Source: Candidatus Saccharimonadota bacterium (GTDB taxonomy: Bacteria; Patescibacteriota; Saccharimonadia; Saccharimonadales; Saccharimonadaceae). From it: a DNA stretch of 32,000 nucleotides. The translations under genes were made by a program, and so were the position numbers. Positions 8,328 to 17,077 of the stretch are shown in pieces. The stretch lies in NCBI GenBank assembly GCA_023898645.1, contig CP060232.1, positions 750,001-782,000 on the forward strand, read 5' to 3'. The notes beneath the pieces were generated by a model. The model saw nothing but the letters and a program-made list of their open reading frames with translations. It searched no databases and was not told where the DNA came from. The stretch's first letter is position 1. Every line of letters starts with the position of its first letter.

Positions 8328-9559
8328 CCGAATCGAAACCGACATTCTCGCTGGAACTACCCGAAGACGTAGCCGATCTACGTGACTGGATCCATGAGTT
8401 CGCGGCGAATAAAGTTCGCCCGGCAGGGCATGAGTGGGACGAGCGTGAGGAAACGCCTTGGCCTATCATCAAAGAAGCGGCCAAAGTCGGAATCTATACG
8501 CCAGAGTTCTTTGCTCAAATGGCGTTCGACAAAAGCGGCCTCTTGATGCCCGTTGCGCACGAAGAGCTGTTCTGGGGTGACGCCGGTATCGCGCTGTCGA
8601 TTCTTGGCACCGGATTGGCCGCCGCCGCACTCTCAACGAATGCAATTGCGGGCGGCAGACCCGATCAGCTCCAGTGGTTAGCACCGATGTTTGGTACTCC
8701 CGAGGACCCCAAAGTCGCCGCATTCTGTTCTTCGGAACCGGGTGCGGGATCTGATGTTGGCGCCGTACGTACTCGTGCGCGCTACGATCAAGCAACAGAC
8801 GAATGGGTGCTTAACGGTACCAAAACGTGGGCGACCAATGGCGGTATCGCCAATATCCACATTGTCGTTGCATCGGTTTATCCCGAGCTCGGCAGCCGTG
8901 GACAAGTGTCGTTCATCGTGCCACCGAACACCCCGGGATTGTCTCAGGGGCAAAAGTTCAAGAAGCACGGCATCCGTGCATCGCACACTGCCGAGGTCGT
9001 ACTTGACAACGTACGACTTTCCAGCGACCTTCTCATCGGTGGTATGGAAAGTTTCGAAAAGCGAATTGCCAAAGTGCGCGCAGGCGGCAGTGCTGGCGGG
9101 CAAGCGGCAATGGCGACGTTCGAAAAGACACGTCCGTCGGTTGGCGCAATGGCCGTTGGCGTAGCGAGAGCAGCGTACGAGTACGCTCTCGAGTACGCCG
9201 GTCAGCGCGAGCAGTTCGGTCATAAGATCGGTGATTTTCAGGCCGTCGGGTTCAAACTCGCCGACATGAAAACGCAGATCGATGCCGCTCGACTGCTGGT
9301 CTGGCGTGCGGCTTGGATGGGCGCGAACAATAAGCCCTTCAACAGTGCCGAAGGCTCCATGGCCAAACTGTTTGCCAGTGAGACCTCCGTCCGAGTCACC
9401 GAAGAGGCTATTCAAATCCTCGGTGGTAACGGCTACACGCGGGACTACCCGGTGGAACGCTGGCATCGCGATTCCAAGATCTTTACGATCTTCGAAGGCA
9501 CCAGCGAAATCCAACGGCTAGTCATCGCACGAAGGCTCACCGGCCTGCCGCTCCGCTAG
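8324..9559 (+). CDS. acyl-CoA dehydrogenase (FadE-like)
   Basis: 411 aa with full-length ACAD similarity ([23 protein letters not shown] catalytic-Glu region). GGAGG lies 10 nt before ATG 8324. The 37-codon N-terminal extension in the track (GTG 8213) lies inside the leader and is rejected. Confidence 0.93.
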   Translation: MTESKPTFSLELPEDVADLRDWIHEFAANKVRPAGHEWDEREETPWPIIKEAAKVGIYTPEFFAQMAFDKSGLLMPVAHEELFWGDAGIALSILGTGLAAAALSTNAIAGGRPDQLQWLAPMFGTPEDPKVAAFCSSEPGAGSDVGAVRTRARYDQATDEWVLNGTKTWATNGGIANIHIVVASVYPELGSRGQVSFIVPPNTPGLSQGQKFKKHGIRASHTAEVVLDNVRLSSDLLIGGMESFEKRIAKVRAGGSAGGQAAMATFEKTRPSVGAMAVGVARAAYEYALEYAGQREQFGHKIGDFQAVGFKLADMKTQIDAARLLVWRAAWMGANNKPFNSAEGSMAKLFASETSVRVTEEAIQILGGNGYTRDYPVERWHRDSKIFTIFEGTSEIQRLVIARRLTGLPLR

Positions 9560-9594
9560 CGTCACTTTCAACAACTGAATAACAATTTCATCGT

Positions 9595-9643
9595 GGAAGT
9601 GACAAGCAGACGGCGTATTCACACCCGTCTGTTTGTCACTTTC
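9595..9643 (+). repeat. conserved 3' UTR stem-loop, copy B (19 bp)
   Basis: 9595-9613 pairs with 9625-9643. Three differences from copy A all preserve pairing (G-U to A-U or U-G to U-A). Confidence 0.6.
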
Positions 9644-9645
9644 AT

Positions 9646-9670
9646 AGCCCCTTCGGGGGCTTATTTTTTT
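9646..9670 (+). terminator. intrinsic terminator of cassette B
   Basis: AGCCCC-TTCG-GGGGCT followed by TATTTTTTT. Confidence 0.85.
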
Positions 9671-9679
9671 AAATAATCA

Positions 9680-9709
9680 TTGACATAAATCCAATAAAGT
9701 AATTATATA
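9680..9709 (+). promoter_or_regulatory. promoter: TTGACA 9680-9685 with TTATAT/TATATA about 17-18 nt downstream
   Basis: The -35 box is part of the conserved 3' module (ATTGACATA). The downstream ATG at 9720 would give a very short leader. Confidence 0.4.
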
Positions 9710-9719
9710 CATTACTACC

Positions 9720-10799
9720 ATGGGAAAACGAATGGCCGATTGCCTTGCTCTCTCTAACCGCATAGAGGAGTATTCAATCGGTGCCGACCTCATACACATT
9801 CCACCATCTCGCGACTACACCATTGGCGGCATTCACGCACTCCGCAGCCATATATACAAACTTCTTGAATTAGGTGATAACGATGATCTGTCTGTGTCCA
9901 GAAGCGTAAATCACTTTTTCAACCGTACCGACTACAAGGTTGCACGAGACGATCTAAATGAAAATCTCGACACACCGATCCAGCCAGATATCGTCGAATG
10001 GATAAGTACGGCATCCGACCATGACATAGAGCAATTCTGTATATGGAGTCTTTGCCGGACCATCTATCTTACTGGTTCACTTTCGCGCGATAAATCAAAA
10101 TTCACGGACCACGCTATGGACAAAACAGAAAAACTTATCTCTATCGGCCTGTTCCCGCCGTTTGCTCATTCCATTATGCGCAATGCAACCAATCGCTACG
10201 ACCTACGAGGGCTCGACTCATTTCATAGTGTAGGTTTACATAGGATTGCTTATTGCGGCGACGACGAAATTGGTGTTAGCAATCTATATGTTAATCGGAA
10301 AAATATGTCTATTCCGTCAAAGGAAATGAAAAGAACTATGTTTCATGAATACATTCATGGTGGTGGAAATGATCGTGGCTTCTTTAATGGCATTACAGGC
10401 AGTCATTGCATGCGCATCCTCGAAGAAGCGTTTGTCGAACATGCTACCGTAGTCGCTCATACGACACTCATCAGACAACCCAGTGTTATTCACCCTAAAA
10501 AACGCCTAAAACTATTCGAAGAAACCAGTGGCACATACGTGCCCGAACGAACCTTCCTCGCGACCACGTGCGATTATACCGGTATCTCCATCGAACACCT
10601 TAGCGAGGCATACTTCAGCCCTCGTGGAGACAGGCGTGGAGAATGGCTGCGCCATGGCATCGAGCGTAAAATTGGTAAATTCTTTGGTAGTCGTGAAAGT
10701 TTTTATAACTTTATTAATGCATATGAAAATATCAAACACACCGATCGCAACAGTTTCGTCTATGGCACGATTAACGAATTAACGAAGTGCGTCACATAG
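9720..10799 (+). CDS. hypothetical protein with a zincin-like HExxH motif (putative metallopeptidase)
   Basis: 359 aa. MFHEYIHG, plus EEAFVEH 24 residues downstream, gives gluzincin-like spacing. No signal peptide. The gene looks AT-richer than its neighbours by eye. The function is inferred from the motif only. Confidence 0.7.
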   Translation: MGKRMADCLALSNRIEEYSIGADLIHIPPSRDYTIGGIHALRSHIYKLLELGDNDDLSVSRSVNHFFNRTDYKVARDDLNENLDTPIQPDIVEWISTASDHDIEQFCIWSLCRTIYLTGSLSRDKSKFTDHAMDKTEKLISIGLFPPFAHSIMRNATNRYDLRGLDSFHSVGLHRIAYCGDDEIGVSNLYVNRKNMSIPSKEMKRTMFHEYIHGGGNDRGFFNGITGSHCMRILEEAFVEHATVVAHTTLIRQPSVIHPKKRLKLFEETSGTYVPERTFLATTCDYTGISIEHLSEAYFSPRGDRRGEWLRHGIERKIGKFFGSRESFYNFINAYENIKHTDRNSFVYGTINELTKCVT

Positions 10800-10889
10800 C
10801 TTATGTTTTTGCTATAATTGCCTTATATGCGTTTGCGAGGTGGGCGTAAGTTTGATATACTAAGTATAGTAAGTAAAGGGGTAACTCAT

Positions 10890-11165
10890 ATGAGCGACGA
10901 CAAGCCACAAATAACCATCTACAGCACCAGCTGGTGCGCGTTTTGTCATACAGAGGCACAATGGCTTGACCACCTTGGCATCCCATACGTCAAAAAAGAC
11001 ATCGAACAAGATAAAGAAGCCTATGAAGAACTCATGAGCAAAAGCAAAGGTAGCTACTCGGGCGTACCCGTGACAGATGTTGCCGGCACTATGATTCTCG
11101 GTTTTGACCGACCAAAATTGCTTGAAGCTATCAAAGCAAACAATCTCAACCCATCAGCAGCCTAA
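10890..11165 (+). CDS. glutaredoxin-like protein (NrdH/YruB-type thioredoxin fold)
   Basis: ITIYSTSWCAFCH carries a CxxC motif, and GVPV is followed by ILGF. 91 aa. ATG 10890 has an AAGGGG SD. The track start at 10818 (TTG) is rejected. Confidence 0.85.
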   Translation: MSDDKPQITIYSTSWCAFCHTEAQWLDHLGIPYVKKDIEQDKEAYEELMSKSKGSYSGVPVTDVAGTMILGFDRPKLLEAIKANNLNPSAA

Positions 11166-11184
11166 TCGCCTGCAAACATGAAAA

Positions 11185-11206
11185 CGCCCACAACTGGGCG
11201 TTTTTT
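11185..11206 (+). terminator. intrinsic terminator after the glutaredoxin-like gene
   Basis: CGCCCA-CAAC-TGGGCG followed by TTTTTT. It lies inside the 5' part of track ORF 11178.., which argues against that start. Confidence 0.8.
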
Positions 11207-11243
11207 CATAGTAAGAGGTAATTCGTTATATAATCATGAACCA

Positions 11244-12692
11244 ATGAACGAACAACGGGAACATGATTACGCTTTTGACGACTATCGTAACGACTTGCCG
11301 CCACGCGCCATGGGCAGTGAAACCGAATATACCAACGATTGCAACGTCGAAAAGTTGCTTAATCGCAGTCATTACGGCGGGCTTAATCGTAAACTGACGC
11401 ATTTTATACACCCGCGCTACTTTATCTCACCTGGTCGACACACAGCTCCCAGCGCCGTCACAAGTAACGGTGGCGAAGTATACTTAGACGTCACCGTACT
11501 CGAATACGCCACACCGGAATGCACGTCGTCAGAAGAACTTGTACTCCACGAGCGTAGTGGTGAGCAAATCATATGTGACACCATTGCAAGAATCGGCCTG
11601 TCAAATAGACTCCAGCCAAAAGTATACAAACGCAGTGGCTACGTAGAGGTCTGGGCAAAAAACCATTCCGTGCCCATCCTCGATGAAACAAGCATCGGTC
11701 ACCACGAAAGCTATACGAGCCTCAACGTCTTTTCGGCTATGCCGCTCGCAAATAGGGAAAACGAGATGTGCCGCAATACTGAAGCTCGTCAGTTCGCCGA
11801 CTACCTTGCCTTACGAAAACTTATAGACGGCGTAGGCATGGTAGCGGGCGACCATTTCTCAATCACTCAAAAACCACGCGCTATCGATTACAATTCTTTT
11901 ACCCGCGATACCGGTAGAGTAGGGAAAAAGCCTTTTCAGCAAAAAATGTCCCGACTCGAAGTTCGAAGCGGCGAAGGAAATAAATCCGACTGGGCCGTCG
12001 AGTTTAAGGCAGGACTGACGTCTCTCGTGCTACGACTCATCGAGCACAGAAGTTATCCGAAACAGCTGAAGCTATACGATCCAAATACTGCCGTCTTGAG
12101 AATCGCGCGCGACCCTATGGCCGACGTCTTACTCGAATCAGGCGCATACATGAAGGCGGTCGACGTGCTAAAAGGCATCGTCGACGCCGCCTACGAACTT
12201 GGACAAAAATTTGAAAACCTTCCCGCATACGAGCAAAAAGCCTACAATGATTTCATCCAATTCTATGACGATTTGCACAAAGTCAATCTGAAAGAAAACG
12301 ACGTTTCCGCGCTTTCCGATCGCATAGACTGGGCGGCGCGTTATGAATTCCTTATGCGACGCGGCGCGTCTTATGACACCATCACGACCGATGATCTACA
12401 GCAAGTCCAATACGATTTACTCTGGGATCGAATCGGTGAAAAAGACATCGCTCGCAAATGGTTTTCTCGATTCGGCCACACGGCCCTTTCGGTAGAAATT
12501 CCTGCACCGCCTCAAACACGCGCCGAAACACGTGTCCAAATCGCTAAAGAACTTTACGCAGCCGGCACCTTACGCAACGTCGATTGGAATAACATTTCGA
12601 CCAATGATGGTCACAGATACATTTCGCGTCATCCTTTAAGCAAAACTATGGAACGAATCGAAGACGATCAACCAACTGCTTATTATTCCTAA
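11244..12692 (+). CDS. PafA/Dop family amidoligase (Pup-ligase / depupylase family)
   Basis: Collinear matches to PafA/Dop blocks recalled from M. tuberculosis: MGSETEY (GIETEFG), NGGEVYLDVTVLEYATPEC ([20 protein letters not shown]), SIGHHESYT (SYGCHENYL), RLEVRSGEGN..LVLRLIE (RLHVIVGDSN..LVLEMIE), RIDWAARYEF (EIDWVIKRKL), PPQTRAE (PPQTTRA). The start at 11244 follows the terminator and TATAAT 11229-11234. An alternative start is 11310. Confidence 0.85.
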   Translation: MNEQREHDYAFDDYRNDLPPRAMGSETEYTNDCNVEKLLNRSHYGGLNRKLTHFIHPRYFISPGRHTAPSAVTSNGGEVYLDVTVLEYATPECTSSEELVLHERSGEQIICDTIARIGLSNRLQPKVYKRSGYVEVWAKNHSVPILDETSIGHHESYTSLNVFSAMPLANRENEMCRNTEARQFADYLALRKLIDGVGMVAGDHFSITQKPRAIDYNSFTRDTGRVGKKPFQQKMSRLEVRSGEGNKSDWAVEFKAGLTSLVLRLIEHRSYPKQLKLYDPNTAVLRIARDPMADVLLESGAYMKAVDVLKGIVDAAYELGQKFENLPAYEQKAYNDFIQFYDDLHKVNLKENDVSALSDRIDWAARYEFLMRRGASYDTITTDDLQQVQYDLLWDRIGEKDIARKWFSRFGHTALSVEIPAPPQTRAETRVQIAKELYAAGTLRNVDWNNISTNDGHRYISRHPLSKTMERIEDDQPTAYYS

Positions 12693-12812
12693 CCCGCAAT
12701 CTCGATACATTGCAAGTATTTCGTATATCGTTCACACAGATTAGTAAAAATCAGCAACCTCAGTACCAAGAAGGCTTAACTCATTCGCCATAATCTAGTA
12801 TGCTATGTCTAT

Positions 12813-14252
12813 ATGAATCGAGACATGAGTGACCGCCCGCACGAAAAGTGTGCGGTCGTTGGGGTATCGACAGCTGAAAAAAACAGCGACGCCGCCCGTA
12901 TTGCTTATCAAGGCTTGTTTGCTTTGCAACACCGCGGAGTCGAAGGCTCGGGCATTGTAGCGACGGGCGGTCGTGTACTCAAAGAAAAACGAGGACCAGG
13001 AATGGTGAGAGACGTTTACAGCGAAGCCGACATGAATCATTTAAACGGCTCTATCGCTGTTGGGCATAATCGTTACTCAACACACGGCGACAAATATTCA
13101 CATCTGCAGCCCGTCATAAGCGAAGCGATAGGCGCTGCATTCGCACACAACGGGACAATACCCGATACCGATGCCTTGAAAAAATACCTCACAGAACGCC
13201 GCTATCATACAGAGCAATACAATGATTCGGAATTATTTGGTCAAGCACTCTTTAGTAAATTACACGGCGGACGTGATTTTCCCGGCGCCATTCTCGAAGT
13301 TAGTCAACTGGCAATTGGCGCATATGCCTGCGTTGCGACGCACGGTGGCACACTAGTAGGATTTCGAGATCCGCACGGTATTCGACCGTTAGAACTTGGG
13401 CAATTCGAAGGCGGACTTATGCTGGCTTCAGAAACATGTGCCTTCGATACTGTCGGTGCCGAGCACGTGCGTTCAATCGAACCAGGAGAATTAGTAATGA
13501 TTCGAGGCGACCAGATGCAATCAACGCAATTCGCCGAGCCAGACCTAAAACTAGACGCGTTCGAACTGGTGTATTTCGCACGTCACGACAGCGTTATGGC
13601 AGGGCAACGGGTTAATGAAATCCGACGGCGTTTCGGCGAAGAGCTCGCCATTCTTCATCCTCCTTGGCAGAGCGATCACGATTCCATACTAGTCACGCCC
13701 GTGCCGGACACGTCAGTGCCAGCGGCAGAAGCCTACGCCCAAAGCCTTGGACTACGCCACGAAACTGCCATTATAAAAAACAGGTTCATCGGACGGACGT
13801 TCATGCGGCCGACTCACGCATCGCGTCATGACGACCTCAGGCTGAAACACACGATGATTCCAGAGCGCATTGAAGGCCGAGACCTTTACATGATCGACGA
13901 TTCAATCGTGCGAGGCAACACGCTACCGAGACTAGTAAAACTTGCACGCCACCTAGGAGCTCGGTCAGTGTCTGTACTTATTGCATCGCCTCCAATCCGT
14001 TACCCAGATTTCTACGGCGTTGACACTCCAAACCAAGACGAACTCATGGCCGCAAAACTGACAGTTGATCAGATGCGTAACGAAATCAATGCGGATTATC
14101 TAGGATTCTTATCTGTTTCAGCTCTCGTAAACGCAACTCGCATGCCTCGCGACGAACTGAACCTATCTGCCTTTACGGGCGAGTATCCGGCTAGTATCGG
14201 CAAGCAGGCACGTACCGTCGGCCAGCCAATTAGTCTCGAATACGTAGAGTAG
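12813..14252 (+). CDS. purF: amidophosphoribosyltransferase (class II glutamine amidotransferase + PRTase)
   Basis: A 12-aa propeptide precedes the Cys (HEK-CAVVGV). Also LQHRGVEGSGIV, GHNRYSTHG, and the PRTase motif YMIDDSIVRGNT. Confidence 0.9.
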   Translation: MNRDMSDRPHEKCAVVGVSTAEKNSDAARIAYQGLFALQHRGVEGSGIVATGGRVLKEKRGPGMVRDVYSEADMNHLNGSIAVGHNRYSTHGDKYSHLQPVISEAIGAAFAHNGTIPDTDALKKYLTERRYHTEQYNDSELFGQALFSKLHGGRDFPGAILEVSQLAIGAYACVATHGGTLVGFRDPHGIRPLELGQFEGGLMLASETCAFDTVGAEHVRSIEPGELVMIRGDQMQSTQFAEPDLKLDAFELVYFARHDSVMAGQRVNEIRRRFGEELAILHPPWQSDHDSILVTPVPDTSVPAAEAYAQSLGLRHETAIIKNRFIGRTFMRPTHASRHDDLRLKHTMIPERIEGRDLYMIDDSIVRGNTLPRLVKLARHLGARSVSVLIASPPIRYPDFYGVDTPNQDELMAAKLTVDQMRNEINADYLGFLSVSALVNATRMPRDELNLSAFTGEYPASIGKQARTVGQPISLEYVE

Positions 14253-14347
14253 TAAACGTATCTGTTCTACGCTGCGCATATGGACAAAAATGAACGCTTA
14301 TGCTATAATATTACCAAAGCTCAACGGACCCGAACGGAGAATGAGCG

Positions 14348-14635
14348 ATGGAACATTTGTTATCAACCCTGACGTCGCCATCGGTCGACATCGGATTCAC
14401 TCTACAACTGTGGATCCTGCTGCCGATCATGGCTGGTATCATCGCGCTTGCATGGAGATACCGGCACAACCAGATCGAAGACAAGATTTGCAACTCGTAC
14501 AAGCGTGGGTATAGGGAAGGTCTGTCTGCCGGATACACGTCCGGCAAAGAGGCAGGGCTCAACACCTTCGTATACCAAGACATGGTCGACAAGGGACTGG
14601 CTGAAATCAGTTTATACCTGAATAACCAGCCATGA
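14348..14635 (+). CDS. hypothetical small membrane protein (95 aa)
   Basis: GGAGA SD 8 nt upstream, with TATAAT at 14304. One TM helix (LQLWILLPIMAGIIALAW). The stop overlaps the next ATG (ATGA). Confidence 0.55.
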   Translation: MEHLLSTLTSPSVDIGFTLQLWILLPIMAGIIALAWRYRHNQIEDKICNSYKRGYREGLSAGYTSGKEAGLNTFVYQDMVDKGLAEISLYLNNQP

Positions 14636-15555
14636 AAATCACCCTCGCACGTATCCCAATCGGGACAACGGCGGGGGTGAACTCATTTTTAAGGTCTTGT
14701 ATAATGGTTCCAATGACAAAACATGAAATAAAACTGCCCTCAGGCGACATAGTTGCATATTGGGAGCATCACGCCGACAAAAAGCCGACAATCATACTGG
14801 TACACGGTTTCACAGGTTCACACGAAGGATTCCAATACCTCGTGCCGCTTTTGACCGACTTTCATCTGATTATTCCTGATCTCCCTGGTTTTGGCGTCAG
14901 TCCACTGCCACATGATCGCCTCACTCTGCACGGGCTAGGGGAATTGCTTGTTGATTTCGTCGAAACAATCAACTTACCCGAAAAACCGCACCTGCTTGGC
15001 CACTCTATGGGGTCGCTCGTTGTTTCCGAGGCCGCCCGACAACATTCGTCCGCATTTGCCAAAAAACTCATCTTGATCAGCCCCGTGCCAGCACCGATTG
15101 GCTGGGTAGATGAGCGCCGACCGGGTGCAATTTTTGGTCAGCTCTACTACAAAGCCAGCCACCGTTTACCGATTGTTGGCAAACATATCGCGACCAGCTC
15201 AAAGCTCACGCGGTTCAGTACGAGACTCATCATGACCGCTAAAGACGCGGACTTGCGTCGCGTTATCCATGGCCATCATTTAAACAATCTGAACTTCATC
15301 AGCAGTATCAGTTGGTACAGTCGCCTTCACAGTGAAATTAACCGTACCGGCATCAGCCGATACAAAGCTGCGCTACGTCAGTTTAACGTCCTTCTCGTCG
15401 GCGGTGACCGCGACAACGTGACCCCACTTCGCTTGCAGCGCCAAGCAGCAAAAAAAATAGGCGCCAAGCTCGTCTCCATACCTGGAGTAGGGCACCTAGC
15501 TCATTACGAAAAGCCAACCGAGTTGGCGCAAGCTATTGTTCGTTTTCTGAGATGA
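14632..15555 (+). CDS. alpha/beta-fold hydrolase
   Basis: HGFTGS oxyanion region, GHSMGS nucleophile elbow and a C-terminal GHLAHYE histidine motif. The start could instead be 14704 or 14713. Confidence 0.85.
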   Translation: MKITLARIPIGTTAGVNSFLRSCIMVPMTKHEIKLPSGDIVAYWEHHADKKPTIILVHGFTGSHEGFQYLVPLLTDFHLIIPDLPGFGVSPLPHDRLTLHGLGELLVDFVETINLPEKPHLLGHSMGSLVVSEAARQHSSAFAKKLILISPVPAPIGWVDERRPGAIFGQLYYKASHRLPIVGKHIATSSKLTRFSTRLIMTAKDADLRRVIHGHHLNNLNFISSISWYSRLHSEINRTGISRYKAALRQFNVLLVGGDRDNVTPLRLQRQAAKKIGAKLVSIPGVGHLAHYEKPTELAQAIVRFLR

Positions 15556-16708
15556 CTGTTTCGTACAATTCGACAAATTGCGGTATGACCGTCTTTACGT
15601 CATGACGCGTCGCCATCTTGCGGCTATTTTTGCCCAAGCGGTTTCTTTCTTTCGTATTGTCTAGCAGCTCGCTGAGAGCTTTTGCCATGGCTTCATAGTC
15701 GTCGACCGGCACCAAAAAGCCCGTCTCGCCAGTAATACACAGTTCACCAAGCGCCCCTGCGTCAACCGCAACTGCCGGTTTACCGCACGCCATTGCCTCA
15801 AGCATGGCCAAGCACTGCAATTCAGTTGGTGAAGGCACGGCAAACATGTCGCCAACATGGTGAAGCTCAACCAATTCTTCGTCGGAAACCAATCCTGTAA
15901 ACGTCACGACATCACTGAGGTTAAGCTTTTCGACCAATTCTTTGAGACTTTCAGATGCATTACCACCACCTACGAACAGGCCGTGAAACGTATGACCGGA
16001 GCGATGTAGTAAATCAAGCGAATGCATCAATATGTGTAGATGCTTTTCCTCGTCAATTCGCCCAATCCAGCTAATAATCGGCTTATCCGTAGGTAAATGA
16101 AACTTTTTGTAAATTTCAGGGCTTGGTTCTTCTGGGTGAAACCGCTGCAAATCAATGCCATTGCTAATTGCCACCGCTGGAGCTTCTGTTCGATCCATAT
16201 TGAACAGAGCAATCGCCGACTCAGTCGGCATAATTATACGCTTAGCGCCTCGATATAGTAGCTGGCCGTATTCACTAATTACATAGCTAAGAGGCCTCGA
16301 CATGGTAGAGAGTCCCTTGACGTTCTTTATGATATTGTCGGGCATGACGTGGTTGGTCGCAACTACTGGGATACCACGATGAACCGCCGCACGTAGCATA
16401 CTAAGGCCAACTGTCAGCTGTGTCTGTACATGTACGACATCCGGCTGAAATTCATCAAGGATTCGACGCATTTCACGATCATACGTAACTGACACACGTA
16501 AATTCTTGCGAAAGGGCAGGGCAAACGAACGAATACGAGTAATCTCATAATTTTTGTCTATTTCTTTGTAACCGCGACCTGTTTGCGAAGGGGCGACAAC
16601 CATAACGTTGTGACCAGCTGCAGCCAAACCTTGAGCCAGAGTTCGTACCGCAGTGGCAACACCGCTCCTCATCGGCCAATGTTGGTCGTTGGCAATTAAA
16701 ATACGCAT
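15533..16708 (-). CDS. GT4-family glycosyltransferase
   Basis: 391 aa. MRILIAND..SGVATAV N-terminus and an E-x7-E-like region (PSPTELQCLAMLEAMACGKP). Confidence 0.9.
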   Translation of the reverse strand: MRILIANDQHWPMRSGVATAVRTLAQGLAAAGHNVMVVAPSQTGRGYKEIDKNYEITRIRSFALPFRKNLRVSVTYDREMRRILDEFQPDVVHVQTQLTVGLSMLRAAVHRGIPVVATNHVMPDNIIKNVKGLSTMSRPLSYVISEYGQLLYRGAKRIIMPTESAIALFNMDRTEAPAVAISNGIDLQRFHPEEPSPEIYKKFHLPTDKPIISWIGRIDEEKHLHILMHSLDLLHRSGHTFHGLFVGGGNASESLKELVEKLNLSDVVTFTGLVSDEELVELHHVGDMFAVPSPTELQCLAMLEAMACGKPAVAVDAGALGELCITGETGFLVPVDDYEAMAKALSELLDNTKERNRLGKNSRKMATRHDVKTVIPQFVELYETVISENEQ

Positions 16709-16777
16709 TTACTAGCCATCGTACCACAAAACGTCCTATTTTCTCCAGCGCATTAAGCTATGGTAAAATTGAGACCA

Positions 16778-17077
16778 ATGGGTTACAACCATCCCTTCGG
16801 TAAAGCCGTCCTATATGCAATCGTCTTATTCGCTGTTGCCCACTTGGCACTCAGCCTTTTTTACGGCATCGTCCACAGCGATCCGGAAATCGCCAATATG
16901 TTCCACGTACTTGGCATTGATTTATTCTGGCCACAGCTAGGCCTAGGGAGATTAAACGCCGTACTTGGCGTCGTCATGATCGTGGCAGTCTGGCTATTCG
17001 TCGGCCTTATGTTAGTGATTGCTAACAATATAAAGGTAACTAAAAAGGTGGTAAAAGAGGAAAAGAAGAAGAAATGA
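16778..17077 (+). CDS. hypothetical small membrane protein with a Lys-rich tail
   Basis: Three predicted TM helices. The stop overlaps the downstream GT4 ATG (ATGA). ATG 16778 lies 8 nt after TAAAAT 16764-16769, which suggests a leaderless start. The track start at 16760 is also possible. Confidence 0.55.
   Translation: MGYNHPFGKAVLYAIVLFAVAHLALSLFYGIVHSDPEIANMFHVLGIDLFWPQLGLGRLNAVLGVVMIVAVWLFVGLMLVIANNIKVTKKVVKEEKKKK

Noticed and set aside
8678-9514. 278-aa minus-strand ORF and other long alternate-frame ORFs inside the ACAD gene.
   Set aside because: These are shadow ORFs typical of GC-rich coding sequence. The + strand frame has unambiguous ACAD similarity.
7350-9685. The repeated modules might be an integron cassette array (attC), a CRISPR array or a MITE.
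   Set aside because: There is no integrase or Cas gene. There is no GTTRRRY-type core. Only two large units with different spacing are present. The stem asymmetry (G-U only on the + strand) points to RNA-level function. A MITE-like origin cannot be fully excluded from one window.
11178-11243. The track start ATG 11178 for the PafA/Dop-like protein.
   Set aside because: These first 22 codons contain the rho-independent terminator of the upstream gene (11185-11206) and the TATAAT box. The start was moved to 11244.
10818-12812. Search for a Pup/UBact-like small ORF (C-terminal GGQ/GGE or RTGE-type) flanking the PafA/Dop-like gene.
   Set aside because: None was found on either strand by eye. 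The minus-strand ORFs 11226..11411 and 11417..11629 are shadows inside the ligase gene. The 44-aa ORF at 262-396 ends in ..DDNQ but is 11 kb away and lacks the Gly-Gly.
14290-14514. 74-aa + strand ORF overlapping the 95-aa ORF in another frame.
   Set aside because: It has no SD and its start sits on the -10 box. The 14348 frame has an SD, a TM helix and an ATGA coupling to the next gene.
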